From: the human T2T-CHM13v2.0 reference genome, Homo sapiens
Assembly: GCF_009914755.1 (NCBI RefSeq)
Contig: NC_060929.1
DNA length: 64,000 bases
Strand: one strand, 5' to 3'
Shown here: in pieces, positions 30,578-44,835 of the stretch
Layout: each line of letters opens with the position of its first letter
How positions within the stretch are numbered: position 1 is the stretch's first letter
Made by a program: the position numbers and the translations under genes
Notes under the pieces: model-generated
Told to the model about the DNA's origin: nothing
The model's database searches: none
Seen by the model: only the letters and a program-made list of their open reading frames with translations

Positions 30578-33500
30578 ATATGTTGGAAGTATGATGAAAA
30601 TGTCAACAGGGTATTTGGGGCAGAGAGTGATAGATGATTATGTTTGACGCTGGAGAGGAACATTAGGTCTGGATGATAAAGAGTCTAGAATGTCATGCCA
30701 ATAAGTTTGGATTTCAACCTATAGATGATGGGGGAGAACAAACACAATTGCAAATTAAAAGAAACTCTACCATAGTCATCATTAGAATGGTTTTTAAAGG
30801 TTTCATTATTCATATTCTTGATTTATTCTCAATTTGAGGTTACTTTACTGATGAAAAAGTTCTAAGTTGTCCATCTAAAAATGGTTTATGTCAAATGACG
30901 TTGCCAAAGCAAATGCTATTATGAAAGTGAAAATATAATCTCAGCAGGCGTTTATTTAATTGAGGGCCAGCATAATGAAGGAGTTTACTGTACCTAAAAT
31001 AACATGTTCTCAGCCACTGGATTTAATGAAAACCTGCTTAGAATCTATATAAAAAGGGTAAAAATTGAGTTGCATTTTCTCTCTGGTATATTTCTCAGGA
31101 ACTGACTTGGTAAGGATCAAACATGGTACATGTTACTGACTTATTCAAGGATTTGTAACTTAAAAAGAGAGAAAAGATAACGTAGAATGTCACTGTAAAT
31201 AAAAATACATAGCTGTGGCCAATTATAGCTGTTTCCACAACTATAATAGCATAAAATACACAAGTAGTAAATGTATAGGTTTATTCTCGTTGAGAAATAA
31301 AATGCTGTTTTCACATAGGATGTTATGGGCATCTGAATATTTAAAAATAAGATTCTGGAAGGCATGAGCAGAAGTGTACAAGTTAAATAGGTTCTAATGT
31401 GGACAAGTAGCAAGAGTAAAATTATGTGGAAAAAAACTTTTAGGCTAAGAGAAGTAATAAAACACAAATCTGTTGACTTTCACTTGACCCCTGTTCTACA
31501 AAATCAAACTGTATAAATGCAAAAGTCTGTTCAGCTTCTGCCGAAAAGGCAGTATACTTCAGACTTGCCTTAGGGTTAACACAGTGACCAAGACAAAAAG
31601 AATGTAGTATGGACAAGGAACATTAAAGTTCTAAGTAGAAAGCTGATTGGAAATGTAGGAAGAAACCAGCACGTCTAACTGTGAAGAGAGACGGAGGATA
31701 TCATTTGATCAGCAGGGGCTGGGTTCTTCAGGCCTTTGTGGTATTAGGGGTCAAGGACCAGGGGAGGCTTAGTTTACATTTGAGAACACTTAATAAATGA
31801 CTTTGGAAGCAACATTAGTACCGTACCGAAGGTCTCCAAAGTATTGACATAGAATGTACACATGCACACAGTAGAATAATGGGCATTAAGCAAAGCTGAT
31901 GCCAGCATTTCCCATTCCCGTGCATCCTCTTCTTTGCACACATTCACACGGGAAGTTTAACTTACAATCCCCAAGAAAGCAAAGGATATTAAAACAGTTG
32001 ACACATTACAGTGAAACAGGTAAGTTATGGAAGGGAAAGGCATGATTTCACTAATGTTTCTCTGACAGAATGGAGTGGGGTGATCTGAGTGAGTGATAGC
32101 CAAGCCTTAAAGGAAACAGATGTCCGAGATATATAGATGTTTAGTTCCATCAAATGAACCACATTAGATTGCAGGAAACACCTGAGTGTAGGATTGTTCA
32201 TGCTGTAAGATTTTATTGAGTTGATAAACTACATAAGCTTTGAAACAGACACAAGCCCATTTACTTCTGCTTTTGTTGCACATTCACTTTTAGGTGTATT
32301 TCCTTCATCTTTGTATCCATAATTAGCCAAAAGCATCATGCGGACAGGGTAACTTTTCTTTCCTCTCTATTTTATCCCCAGTATCAAACACAGTGCCGAA
32401 TGCATGGAAGCTAGTAAATATTTGTTGAAGGAGAGATAAATAAGATTAAATCCAAATCAGCCGACATGGTTAATCCTAAGAGAAGGGATGAGCAATTCTG
32501 TAGACAACATTATATTTTGCTGAGTTATAGAAATTCTTCTATTTCTCTGGCCTGACACAGGTCCAAATGTCTTTATCAGACAAAAACAAAAAACCTTCCT
32601 GGTAAGTTAATTAAGAAGAATGACAAAGCCAGCAGTTACAAAGCATCTAAACCCCTATTCAATACCTTGAACTTTGCATTTGCATAGACCTGAGTGAAAT
32701 CCCTGGCTTTGTCACTACACAGTCACGTGATCTTGAGCAACTCTCCTTAACTCTTGGATGCTCAGTTGTTCCATCTGAAAAGACAAATCATAATTGATTC
32801 ATCTCATAAGGCCTCTATGATATTTGGTAGACAAAGTGCCAGCACACAGAGACATCTAATGGAATGACATAGCTATTCTAATTCAAGGGAAACTTTCAGG
32901 AGTTTAAGATTAATTTAGTGAGACTCCACAAAAAGTTGAGACCAAACTACAAAAATGACAGCCCAACAAATTTTAACTCATATGTTCACTAGTTGATTGT
33001 CTCGTGTACAAAACTGTAGATTCATAAGCCAGGGACGAGGTTTGTCTTGTTTATTCCCATGTGGTACTAAGTACAGGGCCCTGCACATAGTAGGTCATTA
33101 ACAAACATTTGAATAATGAATGAATGAATAAGTAAATTTCCACATAAGATGTTATGAATTACCAAACTAGTTAGTGCTCTGTGGTCTACACTAGAGTTGA
33201 TGTCACCGAGAGTTAGGAAACCGTAGAAAGGTGGATGGCATTCTGGGTGGTGGAGGTGGGGAAGATGATGAAGTGAGGATGCTATGACAAGAAAGAAAGT
33301 GTAACACTGCTGTAGTCAGCAGCATGAGCTCCTCCCAGGAGGTCATGGTCATGGATGCTTTTGATGAGGGTTGAATAGTCTTTCACACCTTGACCTCTGT
33401 TTTGCTCCTCTGCGCTATAGATTCCAGCTATGGTGAATTATTTCCAGAATCTCAAATGCTTTCTCTTCCTGGATGGCCTTTGAACAGTCCTCTGTTTGGA

Positions 33501-34844
33501 ACACTTCCGTATCCCTTTTATCTATAACTGCTTCTTACTCTTTGGGTCTCAGTTTAGATATCATCTCCTTTTGTAAGGCTTCTGTGAACCCCCAAACTGA
33601 TTTCAGGCTTTAATACAATCACAGCAATTATTCATCTGTATTGTATTTCCATGCTGAGTTGTTTCTTTCCCCCAGCAGGCTGGGAAAAGACCAGGACAGT
33701 CTACATTTACCAGCCTCTAATACATCACAGTCAGTATCCACTGAATGAATAACACCATTCTGAGATGTCAAGCCTCAAAGAATTAGGAATGCTTCTAAAG
33801 AAATAGGAAGGTTATGGGGGATGGTTGGGGCTTAAAACTGGATAATTTCCGGTTTTAGTTTTCTTTGAAGTAGCAGAAAACCCAGTGAGTAGAAATATCT
33901 AGTAATCAATAAAGCAGGAGTACTAGGGAGAAAAGACAGGGCTGCAGTGGATATCATCTGCAGAAGAGAAAGAAAAACAAAGGGTGAAAAAGATATACTC
34001 GCATTTAGGGAATAGAAGGAAGAAGCAGAGCTGACAAAGAAGTCAGGTATAGAAGCTTAATGGGAAAGAAACGTTTCTCAAAGGGGTAGTTGTCATTCAC
34101 CTTGAAAGCAGAAGATTAAAAACCCCTTAAAGGAAAGGGGCAGATGCTGAAAGGAAATGGGTGGTAGAGTGGAGTCAGCTGCTCCAGAATCCAGGGGAGA
34201 TGCGTCGCAGGGTAAGAACTCAAGTGGGCTACTCGGCCAAGGGCAGCTCTTATCCAAAGAAGTCAGGCTTAGGCTTGTGTTAAGACAATGGAAAGGGAGA
34301 GATGGAAGATGGTAGAAAAAAAAGCTCATGGAGGCTGATATGAGCTAGAAAGTTGTCGGTGTTGCTCTATTTTGTCCTGGATCCTTTTAGTTTCTTATGC
34401 TTCTTTCCTGCAGGGAAATGGAGTTAGGCATATGCTGTCTAGAATGCTTTAGAAGTTTCCCAAACATTAGACGAAGCAAGCTGCAGAGTGCCATAGAGTA
34501 GAAAGGGCCATCAGCAATCCTGATGAGCATCTTTTTGCCTTAGTTTGTAGCTCCTAGGGATGTAGGGTATTTCACTATCCACAGAACCTCCAGCTTGCTT
34601 ATGTGCTGCCTTGGAACCCTTCCTAAGCTTACCTCATGCATGCATGCCTTGTCAAGAAGCTTACAGTACAGTTGGGGAGATAATGGGGATATTGTCATTT
34701 ACTTTAGTGTCTTGGCAGTAACCAGTATCTACAGTACCTACTTAACAAATGTTTAGTGAAGTGAAGTCAAGCTGGGCTGATGTTCTTTTATGCCATGAGG
34801 CCTGACATACACATTCTTTCTTCTAAGTGAATAAAAAACACTTT

Positions 34845-35032
34845 AGTGGGAGCTAAATGATGAAAACACATAGACACAAAGAAGGGAACAACAGACACTG
34901 GGGCTTTCCTGAGGGTGGAGGGTGGGAGGAGGGAGAGGGGCAGAAAAAGTAACCACTGGGTACTAGACTTATCGTGAGTTTACTTAAATAACAAACTTGC
35001 ACATATACCTCTGAACCTAAAATAAAAGTTTT
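34845..35032 (+). mobile_element. Short older L1PA 3' end with an internal deletion
   Basis: GTGGGAGCTAAATGATG...GAACCTAAAATAAAAGTT; 13-bp TSD TAAAAAACACTTT at 34832-34844 and 35033-35045. Confidence 0.85.
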
Positions 35033-35084
35033 TAAAAAACACTTTTGAAAGAATTTTACTCTTCCATGAATTACTAAGAATAGC

Positions 35085-35290
35085 AGCTACTATGTATTGA
35101 ACAATGTGTAAAACACTTTACATCTATTTAATCTTCAAAACAGTTCTATGAGGTAGGTTCTGTTTTTATCCCCATTTCATTGATGAGGAAACGAAGGCCT
35201 AGAGGGGTTATAGAATTTATTAATCCAAGGTCATATTGCATGTAAATGGCTCAGCTGCCATTCGAATTCAGGTTTGCATAAATCTAAAGA
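35085..35290 (-). mobile_element. MIR
   Basis: ATCCCCATTTCATTGATGAGGAAACGAAGGC core. Confidence 0.7.
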
Positions 35291-37060
35291 CCCCTAGGTT
35301 AGCCTGCTCCTCACATGGTCATTTCGTCTCTGGGCCTCTCCATAAGGCATGTACCCAGAAAATGTCAGGACTATGGTAATCTGCAAAGCCACTGTTCTCC
35401 TACCTTTTTCCTCCTTTGCCCTCCAGCCCTGGTAGAAGCCAAGGTTGCTTTGTGATTAGCACAAACACTGTCTCATTTAGCAGTAGAACCCTGATGGATA
35501 GTCTCTCTAGGCAGGCTAGTATCTTGCACACCATGGGTCCCAGCTGTCTTCATCCTTGAACAGAATCCCTGCTGAACACAGAACAGCCATAGTACTTGAT
35601 ACAAAGCTTACTCAGTTGCTGACAGGTTTGTAAGTGTCTAGGGGACAAAGCAGCAGCTGATTATTAAATTTCCTTTAGATCCATCAAATGATTTAAGCAA
35701 GGTGCTTCGAGGTAACCAATTTGAGTAACTCCTTTGAGTAACCGGGGACAGCTCTGCTTGAATCTCTGATCAGCTTTGTTTTAGAAATTCTACAGGCAAA
35801 GCCAAAGCTACAAGAGAATTTGATCTTTAAGGACTTCACAGGGCCAGTCCTTAAAACTGACCATTTCTTTTCCCGTTGTCAGCCACTGTCAGAATTTAAC
35901 AACCGTGGCTGTGATTTATTAACGTGTCTGATTCCCTCTGGGGGCAGTCCCATTTTTCAAGGATATCCAATGCTCCAAGCAGCTCTTTGCACAGTGACCA
36001 TCCATCAGAGGCACCTGCTTCAGTAATCAGCAGCTCCAGATATGCTCATGCCGCACCAGACAATGCTACAATCTCCTGGGAACTGGCATGCAGAGAAATA
36101 ATGGATTTATAGAAATACACCACTGTGACAAAGTGGGAAGACAGATTAAGCAGAAAAGGCAGGGCAGGCTAGAGGCTGAGGAACATAGGGACAGAATTAC
36201 AGGAAACCAAGCCACACAACAGTAGCTCTTAACAGGACTGTAGAATCTTAATGCATTCTTCCCACCCAGCACAAATGTGGGGGGCTCAGATTGGGATGGA
36301 GGCGGTCTAAAAATCAGCAGAATTAAAAAGACACATTCAAGTGAAACAGGCTTTCCTTGCTTCCCATCTTTTCATTCCATGTTATTTTCTTTTCCTCTCT
36401 GAAAACCACTTGGCAAGGATCATGAGACAGAACAAAAAGAAAAGGGGAGGTGAGCTATTTACTGAAGGCATAAAATTCAACTTGTGTTGGCATTATGTCA
36501 CTGAACTGAATAGCTATCGGAGACTCTCTTTCCTCAACTTTGAATGGGCCCAAAATGTTACTGTTATCAAAGCCGCACATTGAAGAAGACAGCAGATAAT
36601 GTACTTGGTAAAACAGGCAGCCTCCGCCAGGAAAATGTGTAACGCTTCCATTCACTGACCCTCCTTTCCCTCCGCATCAACTTGTGTCATAAATTGCTAT
36701 TTGCTGACAAGCTGTGCTGATATGAACCCAATGCTGGTTGCAGCACAAGAAAAACATGCCATTTACTTAGTGCCAGGGAACAACAGCCTTGCTTCTCCCA
36801 AACTGATCACCATGTAGCTGGCTGGTAGAGGGAGAATGGATGGTAACCATCGTTCGTTACCAGCCTAATTCCCAGGTATGCACTACCGTAGCATTAGTGA
36901 CCAGAGGAAAGACATTCAGCTATTCTAGGAAGCATGAGAAATTTTTCTGACACCTACCCCAGCCCTTCCCAATGTCCCCAACAGATGTACACACACCACT
37001 ATCTCACTGCACAGCCAGGTGTACTACAGAACACTTCAGCTTTGAGTTGTCTTGATAATT

Positions 37061-37209
37061 GTTTTTAACTTCTAATTTCAGGGGTACATGTGCAGGTTTG
37101 TTATTAGGTAAACTCGTGTCGCGGGGGTTTGTTGTACTGATTATTTGATCACCCAGGTAATAAGCCTAATATCCTTTAGTTATTTTTCCTGATCCTCTCC
37201 CTCCTCCCA
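37061..37209 (-). mobile_element. Short older L1PA 3' end
   Basis: TCAGGGGTACATGTGCAGGTTTGTTA...GATCCTCTCCCTCCTCCCA. Confidence 0.8.
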
Positions 37210-38019
37210 ATAATTATTCTAAACCAGTTGCTATTTTTGGCATAGTGGCTGACACCTATAAATATTTGGAATTTAAATATTCGTTGAATGAAAGAGTGAC
37301 CAAATGGATTTTATCTGAATGCATTTATCCACTAGGTTATTCACAGCAAGTACTGTTTATAATGATGGGCTTTCATAGATATTAGCTCATTTGATCTTCA
37401 TAATAACCAAGCAGCAGCTACTCCACCTGCCCTCTTACTTAAGGGTCTTTGATAGTAAACAACAGAAACTCATTCTGATTAATTACCTAAAAGGGGATTT
37501 TTTTAAAGGATGTCAGAAACTCCCCAAATTAACAGGAGGCTGGAAAGGGTCCTAGAGACAGGAGAGAAGTAAGATGGCTTCAGAAGGCTCGCAGGTAGAA
37601 ATCCTGGGAACCAGCAGAGTCTGATCACAGTGAAGAAACTCTGGTTTCTGCCTCTTTGTCATGGTAGAGTCATATCCCAGGCAGGGCTGCCAGGCTATTT
37701 CAGATTGGGTTCCTTCCCCACCCCTTGACTCGATGGCTCTATTGGATGGTATTCAGTGAGGAGAAAATCCCCAAAGGAAATCTGCAAAGAAGGGGATAGA
37801 TGCTGGACAGCCAAAAACCTACCAGGGCTATCATATCTCTTGTGCAAATAGGAACATTGAGGCTCAGAGCTTAGCTGATTTCTTCAGTGTTATGCACATG
37901 GTGCTTCAAAAACTGATTCAAACCTGGGTTTTCTCACAAATTCCGTATTCTTTCCTTTTGTATGCCACAGTCATATAATGTGTCCATTTACACCTGAAAA
38001 CAAGTTACTACACACAGTG

Positions 38020-38280
38020 TACTATCCTAGATTGGATCCTGCATTTAAAAAAGACAAAAAGACATAGAAGACTGGTAAAATCCAAATAAAGTCTGTAGTT
38101 TAGTTAATAGTATGGGATTGTACCAGTGTTAATTTCTTAGTTTTGACAAACGTACCTTGGTTATATAAGATGGTGATATTAAAGGAGGCTGGGCAAAGGG
38201 TATAGAGGAACTCCCTGCACTATTTTTACAACTTTTCTCGAAATCCAAAATTAATCCAAGTATAAAATGTTGTTTAAAAA
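38020..38280 (+). mobile_element. L1MC-like 3' end
   Basis: GTACCAGTGTTAATTTCTTAGTTTTGACAAA...GAACTCCCTGCACTATTTTTACAACTTTTC. Confidence 0.65.
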
Positions 38281-39079
38281 ACAGATTGATAGCTCTCCTT
38301 GGGCTTCTTTGGGACAAAGTGACACACATTTTTGGATAGCCTTCTGATGCAAGGCACATGGAATTCCCGAAGATCTCAAAATGTCAGCCTTTATATAAAA
38401 GGAAGCCATAGTCTAGAAAGGGCAGTACCATACCAAAAAGGAATATGAGGGATAGGCATCATATCCCGAAATCTTGGATGAGGCAAAGGAGATCAAGGGG
38501 GAAAGTGGTACTTGAGTTTATCATTTAAAAAATGACGAAATTTGGATCTCCAAGGAAAGGGAAGTAGGAAGCATAATCCCTGGATCACAGAAGAATGAGA
38601 ATGAAATTACCAGTGGTGTAGGCACATGAAAGACCCCACCATCCAAATTGAGAATTTGGGATTTCGTGTTTGTTGGCAATTGGTTGAGGTCATCAGGGCT
38701 GTTCTGACTTGACAGGTAGGAGGCTCTGAACAGGAAAGCAAAAGACAGAAAGGATGGTAAGAAGATTATTCAAGATTAAAGATAAGAGAGAATTCAAATC
38801 AGTTCTGTGTCTTAAGCCCTGGAAATAGTCATTATGTGTTCATCCAAATATCCAGAACTATTTGATAAAGACACGAAACACTTGCTGTTATTTATAGCAG
38901 CCTAGAGAAGCAAACTAAATGTAGAATACAGCTTATGTCTTGTAGTGTCTGTGATATCTTGGTAAATAATTCTCAAAATATTACCCCTTTTAGTGTATGA
39001 AATGGCTATTTTCAAAACATAATTTTTATGTTCAAAATATGCCGTTGCTATTTAAACACATATTTAAAAGTGACTGTCT

Positions 39080-39290
39080 TCCAGGCACTGTCCTAAATGC
39101 TTTACAAATATTAATTCACTTAATCTTCATATTGTACACCCTTAGAAGGTAAGTACTATACTAGCCCTGTTCTACAGATGAGACAGCAGAGGAACCAGGG
39201 AGGAAGGAAACTTGCCTAGAATTATGGAGTTAGGAAAGAATAGAGCTGAGATTCAAACCCAGGCAGCCTACTGAGCCCATGCTCTTGATC
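39080..39290 (-). mobile_element. MIR
   Basis: CCAGGCACTGTCCTAAATGCTTTAC...ACAGATGAG...GATTCAAACCCAGGCAG. Confidence 0.72.
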
Positions 39291-39906
39291 AAGGTGTATT
39301 ATTATTGTTATTATTTAAAATTTGTGGTTAAAACAGATGATGTTAAAACAACAGTGGGACTCCAAGCTAATGAGTCTTGAAACTGGAAGTTTTTCTGGAA
39401 AATTTGGGGAAAAGAGAGCACTCAAGGGAACAGAAAGAGGTGGTATAAGCTAAGCTTTGGTTTGTATGCTGGTGAGTTGTTTTTGAGTAGAGATGTACAG
39501 CAAGAAGTCAGACTTACAGAAACTCTGCCCAGGAGTTACAGATAGCACAAACTCTCACATCTAAGCAGAAGCTCATCTGCTTAGATGTGAGAGTTGATGC
39601 CATAATAATAAAAGTTATTGTCAGGAAAACAATTATAAATAGAAGACATAGCCAGGTCATTAGTAAATGTCTACTTTTAAGAGGAAGAAAAGGAGTATAC
39701 AATAAACAGAGTTAGAAGGCAATTTCAGAAGCACAGAAAGGAGAAAATCATTGGTTTAATGTAGCAGAGATGCCAAGGAAAATGAAATCCAAGAATAGTA
39801 TATTGGATTTAGTAACATGAAAGTCAGTTGTATGGGAAAAAATAGGATGACTGTTAAAGTCAGATGGTTAAGGAGATGGCAAGGATACTGTAGTCTTTGA
39901 AAGTCA

Positions 39907-40260
<354 letters not shown>

Positions 40261-40261
40261 C

Positions 40262-40435
40262 TAGAACTGCATTGTCTACTAGGTACATGTGGCTATTTAA
40301 ATTAATTACAATTAATAAAAATTCAGTTCCTCAGGCATGCTGGCCATAGTGCGAGACTCAATAGCTATGTGGCTGCTATACTGGACCACACAAATGTAGA
40401 GCACTTGCATTGCAAAAAGCTCCCTTGTGCAGAGG
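40262..40435. mobile_element. MER3-like hAT MITE
   Basis: CATGTGGCTATTTAAATT...AAAAATTCAGTTCCTCAG...CTCAATAGC. Confidence 0.55.
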
Positions 40436-40447
40436 TGAACTAAAATA

Positions 40448-40760
40448 AGGGTCAATAAATTTTTTCTGTAATAGTAATATTTTAGGTTCAGTGGACCATA
40501 CAGTTTGTGACATAATTACTCAACCCTGCCATTGTAGTTCAAAAGCAGCCACAGAAAATACCTAAAAAAGTGGATGTGGCTGTGTTCCAATAAAACTGTA
40601 TTTATGGACAGTGATAATCAGAATTTCAAAATTTTCATGTCACGAAGTATTCTTTTAATTTTAACCATTAAAAAATGTAAAGCCCATGCTTAGTTTGCAT
40701 GCCATGCAAAAACAGATGACAGATCAGATTTGGCCGATGGGCCATAGTTTACCAACCCCT
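40448..40760. mobile_element. MER58B-like hAT MITE
   Basis: GGCTGTGTTCCAATAAAACT core; end GGGCCATAGTTTACCAACCCCT. Confidence 0.72.
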
Positions 40761-43700
40761 AGATTGGAATATTATGGACCCCAGCAACCGAATTAGCATG
40801 TGCTGAATATCTGCATATGCTAGATTTGCTGAACATGAATAAAAGTATAAAATGTATGTATATTAGCACCAAGTTTCATCTGTTCTTCATTATCCAAATC
40901 AATAATGCAAATCAGAGAAAAATACACATCAAAATTATATGAACTGTTAGAATGTAAAAGGAGAAGCTCAATATATCATGATGAAAGGGAAATTTTGATG
41001 TGTGGAACTGATATTAATATGCTAGACTTTCAACTTGTGACTAGGTAACTTTCATTTTCACATAAAAATCAAATTAGAAGTTCACAGTAAAAAACAAATT
41101 CCCACATAAATCCCAATTTCCTGAAATAACAGTATTTACAATCCTAAGCATTAATCATCTCAAGACTCTACAAAGTACTTAAAGAAAATGCAGTTAAGTA
41201 CAATAATGACCTTCCTCATTTATAAGACAATGAGAATGAAGAGTTTTCTTCTCATCTAACAATTCCTATCAATTGACAGTAGTTGCCTGAAGTCCTGAGA
41301 TGAGGAGTATCGTGATTGACTATTAATGTCTGCCATGGGTGACAGCGTGGGGAGATATGGCACAAGTGCTAGATATCTGCCATTCCTGCATCAGCAGCAT
41401 GATGGAGTGGGGAGAAACAAATTAGATTTTGCGCCAGCTGAAGATCTAACTCTGCTATACATGAGGCTGTTTATTTTTAACCTTTTTTTATAGAAAATTT
41501 TAAACATATACAAAAGAGACAATGGTATAATGAACCTCTATGTACCTATCACCCAGCTTCAACAATTATCAACTCACAGCCAATTGTTATTTCATTTTTC
41601 CATCTCTATATTGTTTAGAAGCAAATCACAGACATCATAGCATTCACAAACTGTTTTTCTGACCAGTGGCTAACTGCCTAACGTGCCTTGGTTGTTATAA
41701 AATAAATGCTTTTAAATTGCTAAGTGTTTTTTAGTGTGTAATATTAAGAGGAAATCAGACTGAGATAGGTTATATTTTAGAAAGGGTCTAAAAATTAATG
41801 ATTTGTTTTAGAAATCAACTGCATTGTAACCTAATTAGCCTGCAATTTGTATGTACAAGTTTGTAGACAAAATTTAGTGTATGTACTTGGAAGTATGCAA
41901 AATCCTCAGGCTCAGCTTGCAATTATTATGCACTAACCGTGTGCCAGACACTATACACAGCACAGTCACCTCCTTTTATCCTCCTCAGAGCCCTGTAAGA
42001 CACTGCTATCACAAGACAAACTGAGGCACATGTACTAAGCAGTGAATCTGAGGTCACTCAGCCCGAAAGAGGAAAAATCACAGAATAATGTACTGTTTTA
42101 ATAAAACATGGCTTCCAATACACCTAAACTTCCTTAGCCATATTCAACCAGAACTTATAACTTTCTGATGTTCCATTTGGTAGATTTTACTTTTTCTACT
42201 CAAGCTGTGTTTGAAACTAGAGTCCAATAGCTACACAAAGTTCAGATATGTCTGACAAAAACCTTGAAGAGAGACATGGAGGGAAACAAGTAAGTTTAGA
42301 GCTAATATTTGTTTTTCATTAATCATTTGCTTTTCTCACTGACCCTGTCAGAGAGATAGGGCACATGCTCTGACTGCCTATAGAGAAGGAGACCAGTGCC
42401 TCCTTCATCCCCAGACTTCAGAAAAGAACTACATGAACTGACCTCTATACCTTCTTTATGCTCTTTCACAATCGTTTAATTTTTATCTTGAGAAATAGTT
42501 GAGAAGGTGAAAATGAATATGAGAAAATACTCTTTAGGAATATTAGGGTGCAGATACCCATTTTATGTTAAATATTTAAAATGTTGGGGACATCAATACA
42601 TCTGTTCAACATAGTGTAGTGATGAAAAGGAAATTGTTTAGAGGCAGAAGGAACTGACCTCTAATTGTCTGGTTGCTCCTGAGCTAGTCACTTTTCTATG
42701 GTCTTGTTTTCTCAGTAAAATCAGAAGGGTAGATTGTATCACAAATTGCAGTTGACAGTCTGTAGGTGTTTAACATATGGATTGTAGTTTGGTTTTGGTT
42801 TTCTAATTGGAATTAGCTGCCAATACTTAGAAATTGAAGGATTTTCTATCTTTCCTGGACCCTCCTTTTACATGGTAAGAATCGGGGATCTTCTAATAGA
42901 GCTTCTACCCTCAGAGAGGATGGGTAGCCTATTATTCTCCCCATTCTTCATTACTTCTTATTGTTTCCCTGACACAGGCTGAGAGTCAGGTGCCCTTTAT
43001 CATTGTACTTGCAATGACTTGTGATGTATTTCACTCTTACATTCCCTGCCTGGGCCCTGGAGACATCTGCAATTGCAACCTGGATTTTTTGAACTCTAAG
43101 AGGTTCTATGGTTGTCTGGTAAAATATAACATCTCCAGTAGCTAAGGCTGCAATACATTGTCTAATTAAAGTTTTCTAGCAGTGGGAGCTTTGGCGTCTA
43201 AACTGCAGAACTCACCTTCTCACCCAGGTCACTGTAATTTCCAGAGGAAGTGCTGACTTCTGGATCTGGGAGTTGAGGTGAGCTTGTTGGATTCTGTTTA
43301 AGTACATCTCCTCTGCCTTCTCTTTGCCTTGGTATTCAGCATTCACTGACAGTTCCTTTAAACTTCTTGGGCATTGACATTCAAATCTGAACAATAGCCA
43401 ACTCGATTATTCTGGCCACTTGCTTTATCATTGTCTGTCTGTATAGTGCTTTACAATTTTTAAATTTTTTTTCTAAATATTGTTTGCTTTTCACACTAAC
43501 CCTGTCAGAGAAATAGAGCAGAAATTGCACCCACTGTATACAAGTAAGGGGAAACAAGATATTATTAACAGAAGTTTTTATTCTTCAGCCTTTCCTCTTA
43601 AAACCAGACCCTGGTACTTTGTTTTTAAAGCTATTTCCTAAATACAAAAATAAAAATGTGTTTATTTAATTAAAACATCATTCTCCAAGACCTAAAGACT

Positions 43701-44107
43701 TTTAGACTACATTATTCTCCTCCCCACTGCGACATAATTGAAGATTGATATGATACATTTTTTTAATTAGGCCCGTCTGGTTTTCCCACTGAGAAAAAAG
43801 GAATGTGTCATCTTTATGCCAGCTGATTTAAATAAAAATCCACTTGGATTTAGCCTTTTCATGCTGGTGCTACACCAAAACAACCAGAATGTGAAATGTG
43901 AAATATTTACCTTTATCTCATCCTAGAGAGAAACTGTGAATTATTATAGTGAAATATATTCTTTCTTGGAGCACTGAGTAAATGAATATTACTGCAGAAT
44001 TTTTGTGTTTCCTTCCTTCTTAACTGCAAACCAATCAAAATGAGTTCAGAGAAATCTTTAGGAGGAAAACAGAGGGGAGAGTGCCATGTTCTTAATTTCA
44101 AAGGTAC

Positions 44108-44108
<1 letters not shown>

Positions 44109-44158
<50 letters not shown>

Positions 44159-44161
44159 GTG
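44109..44161. repeat. (TG)n microsatellite, interrupted
   Basis: Direct reading. Confidence 0.95.
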
Positions 44162-44514
44162 TTGGTTAATTTTATGTGTTAACTTGGCTAAGCCACAGTA
44201 CCCCAATAATTTGTCAAACATGGGTCTAGATGTGTGTGTGAAGGTATTTTTTAGATGAGACTAACATTTTAAATGGTAGACTTTGAGTAAAGCAGATTAG
44301 GCACCATAATGTGAGTGGGCATCATCCAATCAATTGAAGGCCTTAATAGAAAAAGACTGAAGAGCAAATTCTGCCAAAAACTGCCTTCCAAATTGCATGG
44401 CAACTCTTCTCCAGTCCTGCTGAGTTTGGACTTGCCAGCCTCCATAATTGCATAAGCCAACTCCTTAAAATAAATCAACCTCTCTCGATAGATAGATAGA
44501 TAGATAGATAGATG

Positions 44515-44562
<48 letters not shown>

Positions 44563-44598
44563 TCCTACTGGTTCTGTTTCCCTGAAGAACACTGATTA
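44160..44598 (+). mobile_element. ERVL solo LTR, MLT2-family
   Basis: GGTTAATTTTATGTGTTAACTTGGCTAAG start and CCTACTGGTTCTGTTTCCCTGAAGAAC end. Confidence 0.8.
44487..44562. repeat. Tetranucleotide STR (GATA)6 GATG (GATA)12
   Basis: Direct reading. Confidence 0.95.
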
Positions 44599-44656
44599 TT
44601 AAAGCGTATGCATGTGGTGTGGGTGTGTTATATCCTATAACAATTAAGGCTCTACA

Positions 44657-44835
44657 CCAGAAATTGACAAATTGCAAATTTCTGTAAACAGCAAGAAAGT
44701 AAGTATCTTAGGCTTTGAAGGACATATAATTTTTGCATCTACTCAGTTCTGTCATCTTTGTTGCTCCAAAGCAGTCATAGACAGTGGCTGTAACAAACAG
44801 CATAGCTGTGTTCCAATAAAACTTTATTTATAAAC
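44657..44835. mobile_element. MER58A-like fragment
   Basis: GCAAATTTCTGTAAA...GCTGTGTTCCAATAAAACTTTATTTA. Confidence 0.55.
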
